Part shown: positions 24,850 to 39,246 of the stretch, piece after piece
Position numbering within the stretch: the stretch's first letter is position 1
Layout: every line of letters begins with the position of its first letter
From: Octopus sinensis
Lineage: Eukaryota
Direction of reading: 5' to 3'
Assembly (NCBI RefSeq): GCF_006345805.1
Contig: NC_043007.1
Span: forward strand, 59,520,001 to 59,584,000
Length of the DNA: 64,000 nucleotides
Notes under the pieces: generated by a model
The model's database searches: none
Seen by the model: only the letters and a program-made list of their open reading frames with translations
What the model was told of the DNA's origin: nothing
Program-made: the position numbers and the translations under genes

Positions 24850-26510
24850 TCCACATACAATAACATAAATACAGAAACATAGAGGATCATGTACACTACC
24901 TTTCCACGTTACATCCCACATTTCACTTAAGTATCCCAAACTCAGTTTCCTTGCCAACCCCAAATGCAGGCTAATCAACATTATCTAAAACGAAGTAACC
25001 ATTTGCAATACGTGCATTTTCAATAGCATCAACTTAGATATTAGAAGGGCCGCAGGGTTGATTCAATGGGATTCCAGTGCAGCTATGATTGTTTGCTTCT
25101 GTGGTATCGAGAATAAATCAGCCTGCTGATTCTCACAGTTTTACATCATAAAATTCTACTTTGCGTTATAGAAATCTCTTCTGAAAGCCCTGGATTTCGC
25201 TCGGCAATTCAGTTGTATAAGTGATCTAGATGTCAGAATCTTCACCAGAGAATCAATCGTGACATCTCCAGAGAATCAATCGTAGTTCATGACGACTCCT
25301 TCTGGGTGAGAAAAGAAGGCGATTATCTCTTCAACGTTTCTATGGGGAGCTTCGAAGGGGCTGAGATTGCCGACCCCGTCGGCTTTTTTATCTTGGATAC
25401 CCCCAAGAAACGCTCTCACCCACACAGGTCAGCTCTTTACAGGGACGGCAGTCTGGCAATCTCAATTCACATGAACGGCCACGCCATGGACAAGTTTGGG
25501 AAGGACCTGATAAAAATATTCAAAGAATTTGGCCTGCCTATAATAGTTACCACCAACTTGACCACTGATGACTTCCTAGACTTGAACTAAGACCTGAAAA
25601 CGAGCAAGTAATACTTTTACAGGAAACCCAGCGAAGAAACTGTGCATTTTCAGAAGCTCGAATCACCCATTCACAGTAAACAGTTAGCAGATATCTAAGC
25701 ATTCAACCGATAGGGAAATCTTCAATAGGACTACAGTGATACATTGGTGTGGAGTGGATTTTCTGAGAAGCCAGCATATATGGATGACTCTTATAATGGA
25801 GAAGGAGAGACTCCACAGGTATCATAAACCTTCCATTCCATTATAAAACCACTACCCCCAAACCGGAAGAGGAAAGGAAGAGAAAGATAATCTGGTTCAA
25901 CTTTCAATTTAACCTAGAAGTTTCCACCAACATAGCTAGGAGCTTCTTGTCGTTGATTAAGAAAACATTTCCATGCGGCCATGTGTACTATAAGCTTTTC
26001 AAACCACATGAAGTCAAGGTGAGCTATTCCTGCTTAGACAGCATTGCTTCTAACATTACATGCTACTACAGGTGCAAACACGCATCCACACAACCTTCAA
26101 CCTAACCTGTAACTACCGAAACCCTACCAGCTGCCATCTAGGAGGACTCTGCCACTCAAGAACTGTAGTCTACATAATCACACTCACATCACCCGATAGC
26201 ATCACAATGCACGACATGAGCATGGCGGCCAATGGCCTCAAGGGAGGTACACACAACATATGCTTTCTTTTAGATGCAAAGATAGAGAGAATTTCACCTC
26301 GTTGTCTCGTTTCTTCTGGAGACTTCGCGGCCTCCGGAATGAACCCCCCAACATCGAATGAGTTCTACCTTACCTCGCCCGGCACATGTAATTGCCCGTT
26401 CTGCCTCTGCGAAAGACTGCATATTCTTTACCATCCTGCAGTGTCTGTCAACAAGAAATATGAACTATCTTATTGCTGCTATCAGAGGTACCTCTTCCTG
26501 GTAGACTTCA
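24850..26510 (+). pseudogene. Penelope-like element ORF remnant (RT + GIY-YIG endonuclease)
   Basis: NPKCRLIN, LLKALDFARQF, FNVSMGSFEGAEI, ALYRDGSLA, KDLIKIFKEFGL, RKIIWFN, VKVSYSCL, CHLGGLC...VVY and CPFCLCERL; many stops and frameshifts. Confidence 0.85.
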
Positions 26511-27559
26511 AACCACTGGCCGCCGACAACTCAGATATACCATCTTAACATTAACTGCACTTCAGTACTGGCTACCCAACAACCACGGACAAAGTTTCTA
26601 ACCAGCGATGCATACGTAGACCACAGATTGACTTTCCAGACTTGTGCATTGCCTGTAACCCCACCACATCTGTCTCCAAGATATATGTGTGCACAAACGC
26701 ATACATCATTGTAGGTATACACCTACACACATACATATACGCTTGCTTTTCTTCTGTTTCTTCCCCACTTAACCACAACCGAACCTCTTTCCCCTTTAAC
26801 ACCACCAAGCCTCAATCCAACACCAAATTCTCCCACCTCCACCCTCAACAATGCGGTTGCAACAACACTGGCATACATCTATCATGCTCACCCAAAACAT
26901 AAATATATATGTATGCACACGCGCACACCAGATGAAAACACACGCACAAACGCATACATGTTCTTCAGAAAGCACTCACGCATTCATACGTACTCATAAA
27001 GACAGGAATGTACTTGCTCACATTCACCAAGCGTCCATACAAACATACATTCATACATACATTCTGAACACGTACACGTATACATGCGTACACAACAGGC
27101 ACTAACACACACGTATTCGTTCGCGCGCACATACATACCCCCACACACACACATGCATGCACACCCTTAAAACTAATATATACGTAGCTGATATACACAG
27201 TTGATACAAACACCCACATACTCACGCACGCGGGTACTCACACATGGCTGAAACTCCTTTGCATCTATATGTACACACAACCTAGAAAAGACGCACATAC
27301 GCACTAACGAGCTGATGACATCATCTCTCACCCACACGCCAGCTAACACAGACGCGCACCTTCCACACATATGCATAACAGATACACAGGTATCGGCATC
27401 AGACACCCACACTTACGTACTTATACATCTAGTATACACTCACATCCTCGCCTGCAAGTCCCTTCATAGATTGGCCAGACAGCAAGCTCCGAGGGTGGGT
27501 ACTTGGCGTCGTGTGTATTGAATAGTTTCTGATATGTTTGGTAGATTAGGAAATGTATG

Positions 27560-28040
27560 ACGGTTCGTTTTAGAAATGTTTTACATTTGGCTAAAGTTAC
27601 CGTTCCTCTTTCTAGTTTTCTTTGATTTATAGTTCGTTTTCGGGTCTTTGGGAATGTATTGTAATTTGTCTTTGAACTTGCTATTTTTAGGAATTCATTA
27701 TTGAATGCTATTGACTGATGGATTTATTATTTTGCTGGATGATATTGTGGAGATTATCCGGGGCTTATGTTGATCCAGTCCGTTATCGTTGAAGGTAGGT
27801 GGTTTGAATACCTGTTTATATATAGGAGCACTTCATTCGGTTTTCTTCAAGGTTTATATGTTTTTAGAGGTTATTTTAGAGCTATGTCTAGGGAACATTA
27901 TTAGATTAGGGAGGTTATTTTGAGGTTCAACTCTTTTATGACATTATTTTTGCTAAATGCGTCTAATTTGTGTCGTTCCGTGACATAGGGAATTATTAGG
28001 CTAACCTCTTCTCTAGATTGGTTGGATATATTGATATATT
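27560..28040 (-). pseudogene. Penelope-like element RT thumb fragment in opposite orientation
   Basis: Minus-strand SLDIALK...TYKP*RKPNEVLLYINRYSNHLPS resembles the PLE FLD...YKPYRKPN.P.YIN..SNHPP motif. Confidence 0.65.
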
Positions 28041-29035
28041 GCTCAGCTTTCTTGACAGGACAACAGTAAATGAATAACTTAATGAGCGGGTTGCTGCAGA
28101 CAATGAATAAGCGATAAGCAAATAGACTGTTGTAGCCGAACAGGACAAAGCTTAGGAAAACAAGGTGCTGTTATGCAATCGAAAATCAGAAACAGAACTA
28201 CTGCATTATGTAATATGAAAGGATGTAGAGAAAAGCAAATTTAGTAAATAAAGTGAAGCTGATCATGAAAAAGGGAGACAATGAATAGGCGAATGAAGCG
28301 ACACACAACGCTTTAATAAAAAAATAACAACATCAAAAACAAGTCAATGAAAATTATAGACAAAGAAATGAATTTGCTCCAATGTATTCAAGGCGACCTG
28401 AAAAAAAGACATTTTTCTGTTGAAAATCGCGCATAAAAGAATTCAGTTAAAATAATTTACCCTATATCATGTGTTGAATATTCTCTAACACTTTCGTTCA
28501 TATGCATGTATATGTATTTATGTATATGTGTATATGTATGCACATATTTATATGTGTGTGTATGTGTGTGTGGATGTGTAGTATTTATGTCAGCGCGGTA
28601 TAGCCGAATTAATCAATGTGTGTATGTAGGTATGTATGTATGTATCTACATGCACATACACACACACATACACATACACACACACAATGTAGGCGCTGTA
28701 TAACCAAAAATTTAAGAAATCCAAATTGCAGCAACAAGGTCTGGGTTCGATCCCACTGAGTGGTATCTTCTTAGCAACCACTATTTGCAACGGCCTTGGG
28801 TCAACCCATTTCGAACGAAATTGGGTAGATGAAAACAGAATAAAAGCCCTTCGGTTCCTGTGTGTCTGTAATTCAAATGGGACGGCCTTGCCAAACATAC
28901 TGAGTCACACTGATTCTACTTCAGAATTATGTTAAGGGTACACGTGTCTGTGGAATGCTCAACCACTTACGTGTTATTTTAGGAGCAGATAATTCTGGTG
29001 ATCACACAACTGATTCTTCTTCAAATTGCGTTGTT

Positions 29036-29103
<68 letters not shown>

Positions 29104-29300
29104 TGTGCGTGTGCATATGTATGTATATGTATATTTTACGAAGTGATATGTGTATATTTGCATGTACGAAACCAAATCTATGTACAATTGCCCATGCGTA
29201 TTTATGTACCCATGCGCACTAATACACACCCACAAATACACACATACACACATGCTGTCACACAAATACACTCTCATACACACATATATACACACAAGTA

Positions 29301-29341
<41 letters not shown>

Positions 29342-30489
29342 ACTAATATCTTTTGAATGCCAGCCAAATAAGAAGCTGTTTTCTTTTTCTCAATGACTTT
29401 GCAGATACAGATCAATGGTTTTTCGCTGCTTGCAGAATATCCTCTTGCCATATTCTTGGCAGCACTGATAATCGAATCTAATGTTGACTCCCATCCAGAA
29501 CCAAATGTGGCCGTTGGCTATTTCACGGGTTGATTTTTACCTTAATGCCTATCAATTCTATCTTTTGTATTTCTTACAATTGTTGTGTTTTTCCTTTTAG
29601 CAGTTTGCATCAGTCAGATCTACTTTTTATCTGATATCGAATCCATGTATCACCAGCTGAAAGATTCAGGTTGTTGGATCTGAGGGTAAACTAATCGCCA
29701 TTATCTTCAGATATCTTGATGATATAGAGAATCTACAGATAAGATTTTTTTTCTTTTTGTATTTGCTTTTTACAATAATGGTGGTATAGACCAACACAAG
29801 TGTAAAATAAGTTGGGATGGAATACTTTTAGATTTAGGATTTGTTGGTCAGGATTGATCTGAAACTAAAAAAACAATATAGATAAAGAAAAATTTGCATT
29901 TGAGCATTAAAAAAGATTTATAAGTAGTACTCTTACATATAAAATCCACCAAATACACTGTCCGGTCTACCTTCATATCCATATTTCTCACATTAAATGA
30001 ATCCTCTTAAATTCTTCTCCACACCACTCATTTGACCTCTACGTGCACACAATCATAAAGTTCGACAACTTCCGATCATTTCAATCTAAAATGGCTGCCT
30101 GTTTTGACATCGTCTCGTATTTTATCCTCTAACAGTTCACTTCTACATGTAGCACCTATGCTTGACACGATGTTAAATCTTCACGGAGAAATAACTGAAT
30201 TTAGGAAAACAAACTAGAGTATACCCATTACAAAGAAAGAAATGTCTTTCAAACTTAGCAACTATCGCAGCATGATCTTCAATGGCAACATCTTAAAGAT
30301 GTGGAAACGAGTGCAGACAACCAACTCTTGTATCGTTTTGAATTTCTTTCATTTTACATTGATTGTTTGTATGACTTTCGGAGAATCAAATCTGCTGGTG
30401 ACTTGTTCTTTTACGTCAGCATCGGTTGTCTTTGACCCAAAATATCGTTAAAACCCCATATTTCTGTCTGATGTGAAAAATATCTGGCT

Positions 30490-30950
<461 letters not shown>

Positions 30951-32566
30951 TATGAAAGCCTACTACACAGGTAAGTTATCCACCTTCGATCACTATCTTT
31001 CTCTCTCAACTCCTTCATTGAAATAAAGCTCTCCTGCTATGTATGCTTTCTTCACATCAGCCTGATTTGATGTGCCATCTTAGACCAATATTTTATCAAC
31101 TTTATTTCTTCTGTTCTACATTAACAATTTGACACAGCTACCTACACACTTACATATGCATATGACAACACACTGAACTCAGTTTTCCTTCTGTTTTCAT
31201 GATCAGAGTCCTTGAAATCATCTTCCAATGGAAATTTTCTTGTCGCTTTCCACAGCTCCAACGCAACCACTCCACATTAATGAAGCAATCACACTACAGC
31301 TTCCCTATGCAACAAAACTGTTAAACGTTGCTGTAAAGGCAAGGCCTCGCAACGTTTGATGCTTTCACATGAGATATGACATATAAAATGTTTAACCTTA
31401 GGGAATAATTTGCAGCACCAGAACTACGGAAACACAGCTGACATTAGTTGCCGATCCTTTAAAAACTTACAGCAAATTCGTTGGAATAGTGCACTGACAT
31501 GAGATGGATTGTTGCTACACACACACACACACACACAGACACACACACGCACGCACACACACACACACGCACACACACACGTACACATGGATGATAGGTA
31601 ATAATTTACTCACCAAAATTACGATTTTTTGTCGATAAGTTCTGCTTTTTCACTTCTCTTCTAGAGCTGCCACAATGTCGTCTGCTTCTCTGTGTAAACA
31701 AGACTTGCCTTTCATTTAATGCATCTTCTTTTCGTCCTCACATTCTTCCCCTTGCGTCTCACTCCGCAAACCCGTACTTAATATTTTACCCTAACCCTAA
31801 ACATTATTTCTCAGAAATTCCAATTTTCTGTAATTTCCCTCTTAGTTCTGCGCTCTTTCTTCTTAAATTTACCGTCTATCAAACAGCAGAAATTTAAGCC
31901 TAACATTAAACTGCACCAACTTCAATCGTTTGGGTATGTGGTTGATGCATTGATGGTGGTGGGGATGGGTTTCTGCGGCGGTGAGGCGGCATAGTGGGGT
32001 GGTAGTTTGAGGTGGTGACTTGGAGGGTTGGTGGCATGAAGAAGTGGTTGAATGAAGGAGTGGTGGTGTGGAAGAGTGGTGATGGAGTAGCAGAGTGGTG
32101 GCACAGGGGGGCGGTGGCACAGAGGGTAGTGCCCCAGAGGCAGTGGCACAAAAGGGCGATGGCGTAGAGATAGTCGCGTAGTCAGGTTGGTGATTATATT
32201 TTGTCTTATTGTGGCCGAAAGGGTGAATGGCAAAGTTAATGATTCTGCCAGAAAAAGAAATATCGAAATTTAAATACGTTGCTCAACATTGATCTGCTGC
32301 TGCTGCTAGTTTAAGTCGTTGTTGTTGCTTCTGCTGTTGATGTTGTTATTCTTTACTGGTTCAGTTGAAATCCTGTATCTGTCTGTTGGTTAGATTACTT
32401 ATATCATGTTCAGTCTTGTTATATCTTGTGGTTGTTTAGCTTCAGCTCCGCCCTGACAGCATTGACTTGTGATCGAAAGCATTGTAATCATCAAAAACAG
32501 AAACAGTAGGATGCGAAATAAGGGAGATTTTCTTTCTATTTCTAACATATGAAGCGGGCCATTTAC

Positions 32567-32620
32567 AGTGGCAAAATTACAAGAATAAATATCTTTCAAT
32601 CTCCAATCGGTATCTGATTT
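32567..32620 (-). CDS. Candidate 54-nt symmetric exon (KSDTDWRLKDIYSCNFAT)
   Basis: Acceptor tacttttttttttcttaAG and a moderate donor GTAAAT; speculative. Confidence 0.15.
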
Positions 32621-32934
32621 CTTAAGAAAAAAAAAAAGTAGACTGATACAAGTAAAGCTATTCATTGCTCCAGGCACCACAACGACACATGGCGAAAAAA
32701 TACGGTTAGAAGTGAAATGATAATAAACCAACAACATAATAGTCAAAACAAAACTAACTCACACAATAAACAACATATAACATCGCAATGTTACAAACTG
32801 TTCTCGGTTTTGTTGTTTTCCGGAGAAATGTTAATTTGGAAGCTGATACGAGTTTATTTAGTTTCAACACTTTTTTTTATATGAAAGAAATAGTTCGATA
32901 AAGAAAAAAAAAAGCAATTGTGATACAAACTCTC

Positions 32935-33080
32935 TTTTACTCTACTCTTTTACTTGTTTCAGTCATTTGACTGCGGCCATGCTGGAGCACCGCCTTTAGT
33001 CGAGCAAATCGACCCCAGGACTTATTCTTTGTAAGCCCAGTACTTATTCTATCGGTCTCTTTTGCCGAACCGCTAACTGT
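32935..33080 (-). mobile_element. SINE family S2, 3' part
   Basis: Reverse complement of the S2 tail. Confidence 0.85.
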
Positions 33081-33214
33081 TAATTAAAAGTTCTTTTTTA
33101 AAAGAAATCCTTTCCGTGCGTACAAATCAGTAATATTTCAAGAGCTTTTCGAAATGCGGAGGTGCGTTTTTATAATTTGCTGTTTTTTCCTCCATATATT
33201 ATATCTTATTATAT

Positions 33215-33602
33215 TCTTTTCTACTCTAGGCACAAGGCCCGAAATTTTGGGAGAGGGGGCTAGTTGATTAGATCGAGCCCACTACGCAACTGGTACTTAT
33301 ATAATCGACTCCGAAAGGATGAAAGGCAAAATCGACCTCGGCGGAATTTGAACTCAGAACGTAACAGCAGACGAAATACCTGTTTCTTTACTACCCACAA
33401 GGGGCTAAACGCAGAGGGGACAAACAAGGACAGACAAAGGGATTAAGTCGATTACATCGACCTCCAGTGCATAACTGGTACTTAATTTATCGACCCCGAA
33501 AGGATGAAAGGCAAAATCGACCTCGGCGGAATTTGAACTCAGAACGTAGCGGCAGACGAAATACCGCTAAGCATTAACGCCCGGCGTGCTAACGTTTCCG
33601 CC
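33215..33602 (-). mobile_element. SINE family S1 dimer
   Basis: Two S1 cores on the minus strand. Confidence 0.88.
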
Positions 33603-34104
33603 ACGCCATCTTATATTATATTATATTATATTATATTATATTATATTATATTATATTATATTATTATATTATTATATTATATTATATAAAAGTATCCTAT
33701 ACTACTATCGTTTACTATTACAAAGTAATTTCTATGATTGTTATTTCATTACATGTGTATGCGCACACACACTGACTTACACACATGCGTACAAGCAAAC
33801 AAACAAAAAGAATGCAGCTCGTATAACGGACAGAGTCAACGACTATTGAAAAGGCTGGAAGACGCAACGAAAGTTTTAGAAAAAATAAATAAGTGAATGA
33901 GTGGAAACTTTACCGGTGGGTGTGTTAAATAATAAGGCACTAAAAGAGAATGACTCCACCCAGACAGCAATATATCTCAGATCCAAGGATCGAGGTGTAG
34001 GAAGAATGTAAACTTCAAGCAATCCGTAGTAAATATAAAAAGCAATTTTCAGGGATAATACTGGTTTACTGAGACGGAAGCTTGTGGATTTTTTTCGTCT
34101 CGAA

Positions 34105-34135
<31 letters not shown>

Positions 34136-35843
34136 TGTATGTTGTATGTATGTATGTATGTATGTATGTATGTATGTATGTATGCATGTATGTATGTACT
34201 CATGTATGTGAATGTGTTTTTCTCCCCACCGCCACTTGGTTTGTTATGTTACATAATTAATTGTAGGGAGGCCATTGCTAAAACACATGTAAAAACTTTT
34301 GATGAAAATCGTATCGTATTCACCACTGAGTCGTTTTCGCTTTTCTTGTAACCTAATCTGCCATAGGTAATGATGGTGCATTTAGAGTAGGGGAACTTCA
34401 CGGTATTAGTGACAGGACATGAATCTTTAATCATGGGAGACTCTTTAATCAGAGAGCACTGTTTAATTAGAGGACACTTGGTGCTTTTTCTGAAATGGTA
34501 TCTCTGTTTTGTAACGTACTGTCAAAGACCATTAGAAATCTGGGTCAAATATTCATGTCCCCACATTCTAATGTATCTTACATACCCTCATTAACGCTCT
34601 TAATCTCACTTGCATTCTTATTCATAATATACATCTTTCCATCTCTTAATCTTCACCTCTCTCCCTTTCTCTCTCTCTCTCTCTCTCAGCCTCTCACTAA
34701 CCCTCTCTTGTGGCTCTCCATTATCTTTTTTCTCCATCTGCTCCGCCTCATCCATCGGCACACAATTCCTTTTTGCTTCACTCTCCTTGTTGCTTGTCTG
34801 AAGAATTTATAATCACAATAGTGATCACTGGCAATGGCTGACTGATATACAATGCTTAATACTCTTGCCGCCATCTTCGCTATTTCATACGATCAATATT
34901 TATTTAGTAATAATTATTCAAGTAAAAGCCAGCAATTGATTTTCGGCTCAAGTTTACGCGGTCTGCTTTCACTCACTTAAAGCAAGCTTCTTTCGGCCGT
35001 CCGTTAGTTACATCGTCCTATTTCTACCTCTTTTTCTTTTCTACCTTCTAACTCATTTAATTTCTTTAAATTTTCGTTTCACTCTCTCTCTTTCTTAATT
35101 CTTTCTGTTTTTTTTTTATCAATTCCGTATAATTTTTATTTTATAACCTATTTTTCCTTTTAAGTTTTAATTTTTTTCTTCCCCTCTCCTGCTTTTTTTT
35201 TCTTACAGAGTTACTTTTTCCTATTTTCTTTCCTTACAGAGTTATTTTTCTTTCTCTCCTTGTTTCTTTTCTTTTCTTCCACTTCTCTCATATCCTTATT
35301 TGTATTTTATCTTTTCTAAGCAGTTCAATAACTTCTTAGATATTGTATTTTTCTATTTGTTTCATTCAATCTTTTCTCTGTTTACTCATACACTACTAAA
35401 CACACTACTTCGTTTTTATTCCGGCTTTTGTTTCCATTCCTCCCACATCCCTTCTGTTCCGTACCGTACCATCTTAACATTTTCCTTCGTTTCTTTCTTT
35501 CTTTCTTTCTTTCTATCGCTCTACCCTCCCCCTCTCCTCACTCTAGTCACTTTATTACTTCCATATTTTTACCTGATCGCCATTCACACCCACCACCACA
35601 CCCCGCTACCTAACATGCTTTGTTTAGCTGTACCAGTTCAGCCATTCATCTGATCCAAACTCCACCATTCCACCTTACCACCACATCATACAGACATTTC
35701 ACAATCAATTCATTTCACCTCATCTCACGTTCGTCCTACACCTCCACCATATTTTCTCTATCACTCTGACACCATATTTATTTCTCTACCTTCACGTATT
35801 ACCATCCATTAATACATTTGTTGTTGTTTTGTTGTTGCTTTTC

Positions 35844-35881
<38 letters not shown>

Positions 35882-36231
35882 CTTCTTCTTCTTCTTCTTC
35901 TTCTTCTTCTTCTTCTTCTTCATGTCCGTTTACTCCAATCCAAACCTTCTCTTCTCCAACCCGCCCTCTCCTGCCAAACTCTAATTTCTAATCTCGAATG
36001 TGATGTATGTAAGAATCGAAGGTTGCGTTCTTCATCCAGTATAGCCTACTCCACTACTCTCAGACGCATTTCTCTCTCCCACTCGCCTCTCATTCCGACA
36101 CATTTCTGCCCCCACAGCGCTCTCTTTCTAACACACAAAGGTTACATTTGTCTAATATCTAATATATCTATTATTGATAAAGCACTGGACATAGCTATTG
36201 ATATGCTTAACAAGTAGAATGTAAAACTTAC

Positions 36232-36276
36232 ACAGTCTTTACGAAAAGTACTCTCCCATTCCAGTAGAGCTCTTCT
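36232..36276 (-). CDS. Candidate 45-nt symmetric micro-exon (RRALLEWESTFRKDC in phase 0)
   Basis: Acceptor ttcgttcttatttgtttttcttAG and donor GTAAGT; length divisible by 3; lies in non-repeat sequence. Confidence 0.3.
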
Positions 36277-36595
36277 CTAAGAAAAACAAATAAGAACGAA
36301 TTAAACTGCTTCATTGCAACTGAGATTGTTCTCATAATGTTTTTCTTTGTTTTTGTCTGACTATAGAAATGAAGGGATTTTTGAGAAGATGAGAAATATG
36401 GCATGTATTTACACACACGCACGCACCAATGTATGAATGTACAGATGCACAATCCGATGTATGCATTCATTCAATGATGTATACACATGTAATGTAAACA
36501 AATATACACGTATGCTCAAAATAATCGCGATCAAAGTATTGAACCAGCTAAGCTCATAATGTTACACCATTACTAATATTAATTATGCTAACGAG

Positions 36596-36925
36596 GGCAG
36601 TGAGCTAGCAGAATTGTTAGTACGCTTGGCGAAATGCTTAGTGGCATTTCGTTCGCCTTTACGTTCTGAGCTCAAATTCCTTCGGGGTCGACTTTGCCTT
36701 TCGCCTTTTCAATGAATTAAGTACCAATTGAGTACTGAAGGTTGATGTAATGGACTTACACCCTCCCTCCGAAATTGCTGGCTGTGTGCCAGAATTTGAG
36801 ACCTATTTCAGATTTTAGCTCAAGGTCAGCAATATCGGTAAGTCGATTACATAAATCCAGGTGCTCAACTGGTACTTATTTTTATCGACCACGAAAGGAC
36901 GAAAGGCAAAGTCGACTATGTTGGC
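36596..36925. mobile_element. Two S1 SINEs in inverted (tail-to-tail) orientation
   Basis: Plus copy ~36596-36805 is followed by minus copy ~36805-36925. Confidence 0.75.
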
Positions 36926-37737
36926 AAGGTTCTAACAAATCTTACTATGCTGTAATACAGCTTTATTTTTGTAACGGTATAAAATGCCTATGGCAGGACT
37001 CGAGTGACTGAAATACAATGGCTGCCGTCTCATCTGAGTTGGAATTTCTGAAATAGACTACACACACACTCACGTACGTACAAGCACACAACAAAAGAGA
37101 ATACACATACACTGATTTTGTGTGTGTGTGTGTGTGGCGCTTAATTTTAAATATTTATCAGTCAATTGTTTTACGAATACTATAAATTATATAAATGGTT
37201 TATCTCTAACCAGATTATGCCTTCAATTTCGTTTCGTAGTTTATCAGTCGGTTGTCTCACGAACAGTGTAAATGTTATGTACAAAACAGGTTATTTCTTT
37301 GATTTCGTTTCATATATAGACTGTGGGAAAATAGTGTTATAGAAGGCAGAGAAGAAAGAAAATGGAAATAGGAGAGAGTGACAAGGAAAAGTGCAAAGAA
37401 GACCTAAGGAGAAAGAGATGTCCAAATAAGAATAACAAAAAGAAAGAAACAAACGAAAAAGAAGAAATGGAAAGAAAACAGGAAATGAAGGAACATGGCA
37501 AAACGAAAAGGAAAGAAAGAAGATAGTAAATAAGCAATGGAGGATAAATTTTAGGCAAGACACCAATGGACAAGGAATGTACCCAAGCTACAAGAAAGCT
37601 CTGGTTGAGAGAAGGAAAGAGGTTAGGAAAGATTCAAAGAGGCTAGAAGGATCACCTGAGAATAATAAACTAATAACAGAAACATTATTTACATTATTTA
37701 CATTTGACAGATATTTGTTCTCATCTTGTTTGTTGTT

Positions 37738-37783
37738 AATATAACGTTTCAGCTGATATACCCTCCAGTCTTCATCAGGTGTC
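37738..37783 (-). ncRNA. Degenerate minimal hammerhead motif of a PLE terminal repeat (copies also at 38445-38490 and 39701-39746)
   Basis: Minus strand reads gacac CTGATGA agactggagggtatatcagct GAAA CG TT atatt. The core is present with palindromic AACGTT, but stem I has two C-A mismatches; the third copy reads GAAATGTT. Confidence 0.5.
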
Positions 37784-37856
37784 TTGGGGAAATTTCGAAC
37801 CTGGGTTCTCATTCCTAAGGTATTTTTCAATGTTGTTGTTGTTGCTGTTGTTGTTG

Positions 37857-37912
<56 letters not shown>

Positions 37913-38647
37913 GTTATTATTATTATTATTATTATTATTCACTGCCCTCATCTCTTAAGTATAAAACTGTAATAAAAGAAGGAAATAAAGAAAAGCGAAA
38001 GAGCAAAGAAAAAGAACAGAATAAATAAATAAAAACACGAACGAATGGATGGTGTGAATAAATAAATGAATGAAAAAGTAAATAAGCAATAATTAATAAA
38101 TAAGTGATGAACGAATGAAAAAAAATGATCAGAAGAATTAAGAAAAGAGAAAAAAGGTAAGTACAGAAAATAAAATGAGAGGGATGAAGGAAAAATAAGA
38201 CCGAAATATAAGAAAGCAATTAGAGATTTTCGAGGGAAAAATTGAAAGAAGTAACATGAAAGAAATGAAAGAATGAGAAGTAACAAGGAATGAATAAAGA
38301 TTAACAGAAATATTAGAGGTGGTCAGAGTCAGTAGACTCTATTTTGAGGCTAGAAGTATCAACTGAGAATAATAAACTAATAACAGAAACATTATTTACA
38401 TTATTTACATTTGACAGATATTTGTTCTCATCTTGTTTGTTGTTAATATAACGTTTCAGCTGATATACCCTCCAGTCTTCATCAGGTGTCTTGGGGAAAT
38501 TTCGAACCTGGGTTCTCATTCCTAAGGTATTTTTCAATGTTGTTGTTGTTTTTGTTGTTGTTATTATTATTATTATATTATTATTATTATTATTATATTA
38601 TTATTATTATTATTATTATTATTTATTATTATTATTATATTATTATT

Positions 38648-39200
38648 GAGTGAGAGAGCAGTGCATGCCATCAAAGTGACACTGGGGTAAAATATACGAA
38701 GCCCAATATACCCATCATGACTACCCGTCTGATAAAGGTACCAAGGCACATGCATCACAACCATATGTGCGCGACATGGTGATCTCTTATCAAGATAAAC
38801 AGCACATGACCTTGCAGGTGGGGCCCAGTTAGAATTTTCTTCAGGTTGAGTAGCCCATCCCGCTCAAAAGGTCCCTGAATAAGGGTTGTTTAAGGATGTT
38901 GAAAGAACCACCCATGTTTCCAGAGGTGAATTATTCAAACCCCAAAGAATCCCTCTCAACACATGGCTATGATGCTCCCCCACTACTTCTGCTCGTGATC
39001 AGAGATGCACATATCGTCAGCCACTAAGGGACATGCTCAACTGGTTAAGGTCAAACAACTGACAAGCAAATCTGTGGTATTGAGCAGAATATTTGCTGTA
39101 GCCCATCTTTTATACCAAGACAAAACAATGTACATGATAACACTTCCAATCAGTTAAGATCAGAAGCCATGAGAGCCACTGCCTGGTACTGCATCAGGGC

Positions 39201-39203
<3 letters not shown>
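38648..39203 (-). mobile_element. ~555-bp TAA-tailed non-coding interspersed repeat
   Basis: Embedded in (TTA)n on both sides; present in only one unit of the triplication; homologous to 23990-24387. Confidence 0.85.
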
Positions 39204-39246
<43 letters not shown>

